A program made the translations under genes and the position numbers. Positions 22,801 to 33,400 of a stretch of 64,000 bases of DNA are shown here, in pieces. The notes beneath the pieces are model-generated. The model was not told the DNA's origin and did not search any database. It saw only the letters and a list, made by a program, of their open reading frames with translations. The stretch comes from Oopsacas minuta. Lineage: Eukaryota; Animalia; Porifera. The stretch is taken from assembly GCA_024704765.1 (NCBI GenBank), contig JAKMXF010000033.1:186001-250000 (forward strand), in the 5' to 3' direction. Positions within the stretch are counted from its first letter, which is position 1. Every line of letters starts with the position of its first letter.

Positions 22801-25800
22801 ACGGGTGTTAACGAATATCACAGCCTGAGTTATAGCTACAGTCGCGTAGAGATCACACAAAGTCTCAAACTTGTATTCTTCCTTCTCGCATTGAATGTAG
22901 AATTGTCTGATACCATCCAGAGTCAGCTGTTCCTTCTTAACGAGAATCTCCTTTGGCTTATTCATGAATCTTTTGGTTAGGAATAGAACTTCATCTGCCA
23001 TAGTAGCAGAGAACAGCATTACCTAATTTGTACAAGTAATTACCTTATAGTGTTTATTTCCTAATAAGGAATTGGAGCAACCTATTGGTGACATAGATAT
23101 GCACTTATGAAGCTAAACTTTATCCACACAAATGGATTACAATTGTTCTTAATAGGAATTCATAATTCTTTGTTCTTCGCGGTTTGGTGCGTAATACTAA
23201 TTACAAGGCTATATTGAATAGGAACTAATTAATTCCATTTTAACATAGTTCCCTTTATGGTAATGGACCCCTGAGGGTAATATAATTTGTGTTTGGCGGC
23301 ATGCGGTTCACGAGAAGACGGGGAAAAGATGTAGGAACATACCTGGGTCTTAGGAGGAACATCTTTGAATATTTCGTATATCTTATTCTTGAATCCGCGT
23401 GACAGCATCTCGTCTGCTTCATCTAACACAAACATTTCCAGTTTGTTTATTCTTAGTTTTCGTCTGTATAACAGATCCTGTACTCTCCCGGGTGTTCCTA
23501 CTACAACCTGTACTCCTTGCTCTAGAGCAGTGATATCGTGCTCGTAGTTCTTACCGCCGATACAAGCATGTACTCTAACGTTCAAGAAGTCTCCCAGAGT
23601 AATCACAACCTATACAATAGATGATATAATATATTCACAACTTTATGAGGGGTAACACAAATTACTTACCTTCTGTATCTGTTGAGCTAGTTCTCTAGTA
23701 GGTGCTAGTATCATTGCTTGTACGTGCATCTTCTCTACGTCCACCCTCTGTAAGATAGATATCGCAAATGTAGCCGTCTTTCCAGTACCAGATTGAGCTT
23801 GTGCGATTATGTCTACCCCCTTTATGCAGGGGAGAATTGCCCGCTGTTGAATGGCAGAGGGCTTCTCAAATCCGTAGGAGTATATCCCCCGAGCGAGCTC
23901 ATCCTTCAGATTCATGTGGTCAAAGTCCTCAGCAATATCCTGTTTGTACAAAGGGGTCTCCAGACCGGGCTCATCGTCCAGCTGGGGGGAGTGGGAGCCC
24001 CCGTTTACGGTGGGATTGAAGGAGGGAGTAGCCCCCTTGGAGAGAGAGGGGTACTCGTCAGTTGGTAGGGAGGACTTTACCGGCTTGATCGGTTTGACTT
24101 CGAAAGAGTTCGGGACTGATCTGACCGCGTGTCCGTTCTGCAGCTCCGTCGGGGGGGGAGGGGGAGGGGAGGTTTGTTTCACGGGTGCAGCAGGAGCCTC
24201 TTCTTGATAATCGTCTTGTTTATCGTCTTCGTAATAATCGTAATAATCACTCATGATCTGTTTAGTTATTTTCCGAAAGTTTTTGTTTTTACTCAAAGCT
24301 CAATGCTGTCGGGTTTTTATAAGCTCTAGCTTGCAATCTGCGCATGCGCATATTACTATACATTGTATTGTATTGTATTGTATAACGTGTGCTAAATAAA
24401 GAATAGCTCAAAGCCTTTCAATTGTGCTGGCTACAGAGTTTAATGATATCACATAATATATGGTAGCACGTATGCTGCAGGGCTGCTTGTTCTATTTTAA
24501 TTGTGGCATTCCATTATCGTTACTGTTACGTGCCATTCTTAGAATCTTATATATATTGTAACTGTCCAACTTCCTTTATGAAACAACTTAGTAAGATCTG
24601 AGTAGTTTGAGCTTTGGAATATTTAGGAACATCTGTCGCGTGTGGTTATACTGTCAGTTCTCTGAATATGAAGTCTCTTTATTATGAGCAAGATGTTGGA
24701 CCCTTTTGTTCACAATAAGCAACTCTGACTGTATCTTTCTTTTAATAAACGCTTGAAGCTTGACATAGTTACTTGAATATTAGCCCCTACGATTGGACCA
24801 TCGACTAATCACCCCCTTCTGAATAGTTATTATCTCCTGTTAATTATGATAAATACTCGAGTACAATTACACATAGATACAGTAATAATTACCACATTTC
24901 TTAGAATAGTAGCTCTCCTTAGGGTAGTTGTAATTAATAGTTGCCGTATTCATATTTGCCTTCATATAATATGCTTGTTTTCTTAGGAGGAAAGGCTTCC
25001 TAGGTCTCTGCTGGCCTAGAATAGCAGAAGCTGTACTAGTCGCTATCATTACAACTATGGTCACTTTCCTACCAAGCATGATACTAGGTGAATGCTCTCT
25101 TATTACCAAAGATATCAGCGGAATATCTAGAACTATTGATAGCATGAATGGTAATCTAACTACAATACCTTGTCCAGGAGATGGGACACGATTCAATGAT
25201 CTTGGCACTCTACTGCTTAACCCTCTTGAAAAGACTATCTTTCAGGTGAGGCAATTACCTTTCTGTTTCTTTTTTCCCAAATAACACCCTAAAATTACTG
25301 TTTTTGGAAGTAAGAATTATTTTCAGTGTTAGTGAGTATGCACATCCAATTTAACTTTCTCCACTTTCTAGCTATTCCACAACCCCAACTATTTCTCCTT
25401 CTCTTCTCTATTGACAGCGTTTGTACTCACATTCTTCACAGCATGTTGGACATATGGTACAGGTGTTCCTAGCGGTCTATTCGTCCCCTGTCTCATGATA
25501 GGATCAATATACGGACGATTAGTTGGGAATATTGTACAAAAAGTATACACGCTTATTCTCGGTAACGAAATCAGTACTGGTGTTCCATTTGGGTTCTACA
25601 TAGGTACATATGCGCTAGTGGGTGCTGCTTCATTTCTAGGGGGTGTGGTTAGAATGACGATTAGTCTAGCTGTAATTATACTTGAATCAACCAACGAGAT
25701 TCTGTTTGGACTTCCTATAATGCTAGCGCTCATGATCGCCAAATGGACAGGAGATTATTTCAATGAGGTTTGTTACTAACTCTTAATGAATTCTGCTTGC

Positions 25801-26713
25801 TGTTAGCTACATAACTATTGATGTTTAGGGCCTCTATGATATACATATAAATCTCAAACGGATGCCACTGCTAGAATGGGACCCTCCGCATGATGCAGAC
25901 CTCCTCTCTGCTAAAGATGTGATGTCTAAGAACCTTACAGTACTGCGTGAACATGAAACTGTTGAGTTTATTGAAAAGGTAAGTCATTGTCATTGGACCG
26001 CGATAATTCCTTCGATATAACGGGGGTTGAGTGTACTCATATTTATTCGATAGGTGTTAATAGAGAAATCACATAGCGGATTTGTAGTAGTGAAGAATCC
26101 ATTATACAATCATCACACCGGCCTATCCCCTGTAGAGCTTAATATTAATAACCTAACATTCTCTGAGGTTTCAAACAGCTTTTCTGCTTCTCTTACAATT
26201 CCTATTGAGAGAAGTTCTGCTGATAAATACGAGCCTGCTAGTTTCAGAGGTTTAATACTCCGTAGTCAGTTGTTAGCTCTACTACACTACAAAGTATATG
26301 ATAATCCTGATAGAGTACTAACACATGAGGAGATGATTAAGTTCTATCCTAAAGGTCTAAACTCATCCACACTTATTGTAAGTTTTTAAAGTTTCTAACA
26401 AACAATCACTAGTAATTTCGCTCTATTTATTTTTCACTTCGTTTCCAGAAGTTCCCCTTTGTGTATTATTGTTTATATGTTATAGATTCGACAGGAAGAT
26501 AAACACAAACAGATTGATTTACGTCCCTACATGAATCCAAGTCCTTACACAGCCTTTATGGATACCTGTGTAACACAAGTATATGAGATATTCCGTACAA
26601 TGGGTCTACGTCACCTGGTTGTACTTGATAACCAGGGCAGAGCTCTAGGGCTTATTACAAGAAAAGATTTAATTGAAGGAAACCTTAAGAAGGTCTTAAA
26701 ATCCAATAATTGA
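19831..26713 (+). CDS. CLCN6: CLC 2Cl-/H+ exchanger, CLC-6-like
   Basis: Nine exons; intron 21390-24986 hosts eIF4A. Motifs [14 protein letters not shown] (gating Glu), FALEEG (proton Glu), GLFVP, GLYDIHI, two CBS domains, and SLDYxxC and SMILGEC as in CLC-6. The N-terminal EMQSLL fits the [DE]xxxLL sorting motif. Confidence 0.93.
20559..20701. mobile_element. Truncated CAGTCAACTCC-family MITE in a CLCN6 intron
   Basis: tcaactccagttatatc..cccgctcatatcgaagcctgaa..gtaattatcacggtcccttgagc; homologous to the copies at 55077 and 56401. Confidence 0.7.
21425..21490. mobile_element. Short CAGTCAACTCC-family MITE
   Basis: gtcaactccagctatatcgaagctcaagggactgcgataa...gatataagtggagtt; near-identical to the copy at 37105-37170. 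Confidence 0.7.
22097..22160. mobile_element. Short MITE with CAG(T)AGAAG TIR
   Basis: TA|cagagaagctcgcaaac ... gtctgctaacttctactg|TA. Confidence 0.6.
22420..24254 (-). CDS. EIF4A: eIF4A1/2-type DEAD-box helicase with a long N-terminal extension, nested antisense in the CLCN6 intron
   Basis: Exons 24254-23670, 23609-23343 and 23022-22420 (484 aa). Motifs [76 protein letters not shown]. Confidence 0.95.
24339..24350. promoter_or_regulatory. Perfect NRF1-type palindrome TGCGCATGCGCA upstream of the nested eIF4A
   Basis: Exact consensus match about 85 nt upstream of the eIF4A ATG, in AT-rich surroundings. Confidence 0.55.
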
Positions 26714-26729
26714 TTCGCACATAACAACA

Positions 26730-26782
26730 GCAATACACATGTGTTAGCAATACACATGTGTTAGCAATACACATGTGTTAGT
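26730..26782. repeat. Three copies of a 17-bp unit (caatacacatgtgttag) in the CLCN6 3' region
   Basis: Direct tandem copies, each containing the palindrome acacatgtgt. Confidence 0.85.
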
Positions 26783-27497
26783 AATGCAGTTTATAATTTA
26801 TACTCGAATTGTTGCTATTTATATTTGTTGATTTCAATTGCGCTAATAAACAATATTATTTATTTAAACGGATGGTTAGAAATAGGATTACATAACCACA
26901 TCAGATTGCAAGTATAATATTTAATTAAGAATAAGAGCTACAGATATTGTTCATATTCTTGGATCATATATCTTCTCATATATTAATCCTCTATAGTCAA
27001 AAATTGCTCTATTTTCTGGCGTAACTAGAAATCTCAGGAGGCAATTCCTCCTCTAGCTACACCCCTGGGGGAACCTCGCTAATGCGAACAGGGTTTATAC
27101 GAAATTCTAGATAAGACGAACAAATATCTACACAAATCAGGTCGAAGAATTGTAGACTTTCAAAAATTCAGAGTATTTTGTCGAGGAATTGCAACGTGCA
27201 TTACACTATTTTACTGATTCATTCGCTTCAAACACATTATTTTGGCTATTGTGTACTTTATCAATGTCAACTTTATTCCGCTAATCCTTGGCTCATTGTC
27301 CGCTAACAATAGGCTACCCTAGTATAACACACATGGATATAAATAGTCCTCATGACTACTCTTCCATGCAATAATTGTAATTTCTTATAATACACCTCAC
27401 AGGCGTGTTGATTGACACTTGAAAGGTTAGCACATAATCTACGGACAATTTGTATAGTGTGAATATTCTGTTATGATTTATTTAGTTTCATAGTATT

Positions 27498-30400
27498 ATG
27501 GATCAGAACATCATGGGTATTGCATATCACACACCATATTCCTACCAGTCTAGACAATATGCTACTGGGATACACGCGTATAACAACGAGCAGACAGGAC
27601 ACTATAATCTCAATCAACGGGATAGGGCCGCAACTGATTATGCAGAACAGGGTTTACCTGGTGACCGGTTGATGAATGGAGCATTTGACAACTCTTCTAC
27701 TATCCCAGAGGAGATTTCTTCCTCATACCCCCCTGAGTTACGTACAGGACACACGGAAATTAGAACCACACAGCCGGACATGCGGAGCCCTCCTCTTATC
27801 ATGCCACCACCCCCAGTAGGCTACGGAGGGAACAGAGACAAGAAAAAGGGAGGGAGATTTTTCAGGAGACTGATAAGACCCTTCAGGAATCTGATAAAGC
27901 GACCGCAGCCTAGCGAGAAGTTTGTGGCAACATCACAAGGTTAGTTGTGAATATTTTTAGTTATATTGACTTGTTGTCTCATATTCTATAATAAGTACTG
28001 AATCTAATCAAATTTTCGACAGTGATACAACTACAGTCAACTCCAGTGTTATCGAAACACCCGCTTATATCGGTATTTTATTCTACAAATATGATCCCTC
28101 GCGATTCGATATGACAGGAGTTGACTGTATTTACCATTATATTAAACATCGCAGTGATAGACATTTTGGTTAGATAGGCTTTGCTGTTGGTTCTATTTCC
28201 CGAGCCCTGACCTCTTCAAATATGCTTCTGGCCTATTTTTCTTATTTTTAGCTAAAATGATCAGTTTTGTATTAACACTGCAAACATTTTTGCTTGTAAC
28301 ATTTAATTAGGAAATATCGAACAAGGGAACGGAATGAATCAATGAGTTTGATTTCTGCTTTTCTGTTTGATTAATAAATTCGATTTTCTATTAATTCAAC
28401 TGTTTACTACTCAATACATCCACCTAGCTTTATTCCAATCTCATTATCTGTTCGATCAAATATTTCTCATCATATGGTCTCTGCCAAAGAGACAATCGCT
28501 GCTAGATACTTCCCAGAATCCCGTGTTTCGATATAACAAAACTTGGCTTCAGGAATATAACGCTATTGCATTGTAATACAACCACTAGCTTATCCTAATA
28601 CTCGGATATACTAAGTGTAACTATACCAGTTTTGTAAGAATGTTATTGCTAGCTGCTGTACTCTTGTACACGAACAAAGCCAAGGACTATGTTCCTTCAA
28701 CTAATGCTACATACACACAGATGGTTTGATTAACCTGTGTAAATAATTTCACAAGAATCCGTATAGTATATATTAACATAGTGATAATTCTATTTATGTC
28801 GTTTCAGCTGGATGTTACTTATCTCGGTCCTTTTGAACCTTGGTTATGTTCACGAAAATCTTTTACCCAAATTAGATCGGCAGCTGTGATTCCAAATTGT
28901 CTTGAAACTGAAATTGACCACAATTGCTGCGACGCTGTACTTTATAATTCATGGATACCTTACATTGTTTCACATAACATTCACATTGTAACGTAACTAA
29001 GCCCGTGATTAATATATTTATTGCATTGCCAGTGATATTAACGAATTTTATACGCAGCTTTGTATTAGTAATAACCCATAATTTTTAAGTTCATCTAGCG
29101 ATAAATTCTTTTGAGCAGTTTCCGTTGCGTAACGTCTCTCAATACAGTTGCCTTGTGTTGTTGTTGTTCTGTCAAATTCTCCCTTCAATCGATAAGAATC
29201 TGTTGTAACTATTTAGTAGCATTTACCAAGTACCGTAGAATGTATTTATTCCTCAAAAAGGCGAAATATTTCGTTAGGGAATACAGCAGATTGTTTTTTC
29301 GATGATCGTATTTGTATCCATTTTACTCAAAAATGATCTTACTACCGTCAGACCAGTGAGCCGAAAGCATCGAGTGATCTTGCCGCAATATCTAAAATGG
29401 TTGTAGATTGCTGTCACTGAGTATCCAGAAATTTTCATTAGTAATAAATCCTGCAATATAATCGCTGTAAACACAGATTAGCTCGTAATTAATTCGTACA
29501 GGGAATTACTGTTAATTATTCCAGAAAACCTTAGTAGTATTAATGGTTGCTTATTTGTATTTGCAAATGATTAATTCTACTTTCTGAAAAGTATAATTTC
29601 TGTTTCAGAATTGAAGTTATTCGTTTACAAACTTTTTTGAACTTTCAGTTAAGGAATGAGTCAATGCAACAACAGTCCTAACGGAGATTATACTAGGCCG
29701 GAAAATGCTATGTCTGACGGTGAAATATCTTCTGAAACTGAGCAAATAAATATTGAAAATATGCAAAATTTGTCCGTAATGAAGGAAGGAGAAATTAATG
29801 TTGTAAAGACTTCTGAAGATTTCTTTGATTCGAGCGGCGGTGACCGCTCAGAGGGAGAAGTGTCCGATCCTGAGTTAGATCCGTCCACTAAACCGATTAG
29901 TCATAAGCCCACAGATGTCGACAATAACCCTTGGACACAGGCAGCCATGGGTAACTACCCCTCTCTCCCAATATCACGAGAGAGCGGTGAGGATTGGAGA
30001 GGAGATAATGTTGAAGTTTGGAACGAGTATTATACTCAAGCACTAGAGCATGCTAAACTGAATAGAAGGAAGAAAGGGAGAGGTAAGGACATCAAAAGAT
30101 CCCCTAGAGAGATGTTAGGGAAATCTCGGAAACGAAAGAATCAAGGAAAGCCATACCCTCCCCAGGTTAAGACAGAGACTAATCAGCTGATGGAATCTGA
30201 TGAATCGAGTGATTTTGATTTTGAAGAGAAGGAACCACGAATGTCCCTCTCTGACGTCATAGCTCAGAACAATCATATAGATCTAGCTGTATTCGCTGCT
30301 GAGAATCCAGACTCAATGCGAGGGAAGAAAGTGAAACACTTTCTACAGGGGCCGCTTAAGAAAAAGAAAAAGAAGAAACGCTACTTAAAGTCTAATCATA

Positions 30401-33400
30401 TCCGACATGAAAGCCGTCAGGAATATTGGTCACAGGACAAGTTCCGTTCTACAGTAATGCAACCTCAGTACTGCATAGACACTACAGTATGTATGTACTG
30501 GAAAATGTATGGGTATTGTAATAAGGGCGATGCTTGCGGTTATTCACACTTAGCTCAATTAAAAGGTGTAGCTCCTCCTACAAAACGAATACCAGATGTC
30601 TGTAAATTCTATCTCCAGGATTCTTGTCAGAAAGGCTCCAACTGCAATTACTATCATGAAGACTTTCCATGTAAATATTTTCATGTGGGTCTCACTTGCT
30701 ATCAAGGTCAGAATTGTAAATTTTCTCATGCTCCACTTAATGAAGACACCAGTAAACTGTTGGATAAAGCATGGCAGACAAAGCCCTGGACAACTAGCTC
30801 CACTAATCTTAGAGAAGATCAACCATCTGAAAATCAATTCCCTGCACTCTACTCAGCTGTACCCCAAAAAGAACAGACCCCACCACCTCCTAACTTCTCT
30901 CTATCCTCTCCTTCTCCCATGAGGTTCCCTCACCCCCAGGTTGACCCCTCTGTACCCCCACATAGGTACCCTTTTCCTCCTACACAGGGCCCACTTTTTG
31001 AACCTCAAAATAGACCCCTCATGATGCCCCCTCAGCAGCTCCCGTATCGGCCTCATCCCCAGATCCACATAAACCCGCGTTTTGCTCCTCTGCAGTTTCC
31101 CAGTGGAAGTATCCCGAACAGATTTCCCATACAACCATTTCCAATTAACCCTCTTGTCACAAATATAGATCCAAGTCCTCCCTCTTATCAGCCAATCAGT
31201 TACGAGAGTGATGATCCAGGACAACCCCCTGTTAGCCCCCTCTCCTTCCTCAGTGACGATATTGAGGATAAAGTTCTTATGATAGATGCTGGCCCTGTTA
31301 ATTCTGACAGAGAGACAGAAGCTCCCCCAGCTCTGCTATCCCCTAAACATCCAAATATAGATCTCCTCTTCCAAACAACTTCACCAACTTCCCCTATCTT
31401 GTCCCGCTCCGATTCCGGACAGAGTGACCCCCGTTTGAGCAAAGGGTCTCGATCCAAGAGAGGATCCCTCTCTGACCCCCCGGACAGTTTCAGTCGGCCA
31501 GTCTCAGTAGAGAGTATCAGGTCTCCAGATCTGTTCTCGGACACACCCCCTCTATTGTCCCCTGAACCTAAACTCATATCTCCTGTCGATATTAAACCCA
31601 AACCAGAAGACCTCAAATTTGAAATGCCCCTCCCCTTGAGAGACCCTGCTACCCTCACAAAGCTTCTAGACCCTCGTATCCTATTCCAAAATGCCATAGA
31701 GAAGGCCAGGAAACAAGATAAATCATAACACCTAGCTATAATGCGATAACTTTAATCGAACAGTTGATTTGACTATAATAGAAGATCATTTTGTAATCTT
31801 AATTCACTTTATCTATTAACCTATCGTGTTTGCTGTTTTGAGAGTTTGTGGTGAGAATATTTATCTACTGGTATGACACCTTTTGGGTGTCTATCTCCAA
31901 TTATCAGGGACACTCCTAGACACCCAGGGGACTACTTGGGTGTCTCTGATCCAAAGAGATTAATTGAGTCAAAGAACTTTTTATTTATTAGTAAAATATT
32001 GTTGTTATTAAGACTGTTTGTCAACGATAAAAATTGATGAAGGTTCATTAGAGTTGGGAAAGTATGGAGGCGTATTTATGAAAGAAATATCCACAAATAT
32101 TTGAGTATAACTTAAGCAATTTTATCTTAGCTTACAGATATGTAACTCCTACGTTAATACAGTTTAAACCGTGTCAACCCACCTCAACAACTATTTGCAA
32201 ATACTTCGAAGGCTGAGGTTACAACATTCTAGCTTATTTGTGTTTTTTGAGCACAGGAACATTTTATCATATGATTCAAAATTTAAATATTTTCAATACA
32301 GTTTTTGAGGATTTTCAGTGTATTTTATGCAAGTTTTGAAGTCATTTCGTAATTAGAATTGCATTTCTATTATGCCAGCAGGTTTCAAAATGCAACAATG
32401 CTGAATACTACTATGTCCATAACAAAGATACCCTATCCAGTGATATCATAACGGCCATATATGAATAATGGTATGTACTCTGGCAAATAATATGTAATTA
32501 CTGTTTTCTCAATTCTCTAGCTTTGGAAAGGAATCTCTCAGTTCGTAGCAAGAGAGAAGATTTAATTAGAAGAGGACTGTTACATCCAGATCCGGATGGT
32601 GAGAACTTATTCATGTATACAGATAAATGAACCGATTTTTCTGAGTCATTTAACAATATTTGTAAGGTAGTGACCTTATTGATTCGTTTATTAATTATAT
32701 TTAGTTGACAACCCCGTACCTCCTCCATCTCTCAGTACGATTCGTTCTAACCGAGCTAGTTCAGAGCCGTTTAACTGTGAGAACGGAGGAGTAGTGCTGA
32801 CTTCTCTAACCTCTCATCGCTCTAAACACGTCATGGATTCTCATCAACAGAGATATATGCAGCACAATCCTCTCGTTTCTCCTCCTCACCATTTTAACCC
32901 CCAATTACATAATAATCAACAACACCCCCAGCAACCTACTCAACAACAACAACCGCAACAACCTCAACATCAGTCACAGCATATTAGCTTACATGCTCAG
33001 AAGTACTCTAGCTATACACTACCATCAAGTGCACAAATATCGGTATGCTATGAATTTCCTTGCACCATGGTGTATAATACAGTCGGTGTCGGTTATAGAA
33101 TCCCTCTTGGACATGTTCTTATAACCGGTATACCTGACATCTGCTGTATTTTAGCATATACATTGCATTGTAATTAATCTGTATTGTATAGGGGACTCCT
33201 GATGACCCGAATAACCCTCTCTACCACAGCTCTCAGATGCCCCGAAGTTTCTCAAATATTGTAGTTTCCAGCAATCTATCTGGCCAGCTGTCCCCTCCAA
33301 TTGTCAACATGAATGATCCTCAGCTCAATCCCATTCAGTCCGCTCCAGTGGGGGCACAGAGACAGGTACAATTTTGCACCCCTCAAGATTCACACTACAC

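Noticed and set aside
27498-27944. 148-aa ORF as a stand-alone orphan gene
   Set aside because: It ends at a gttagt donor and continues in phase into PHACTR RPEL1.
31875-31945. Two GACACC/GGTGTC hairpins downstream of ZC3H as a structured RNA
   Set aside because: The stems are short (6-9 bp), match no family I know, and resemble MITE subterminal words.
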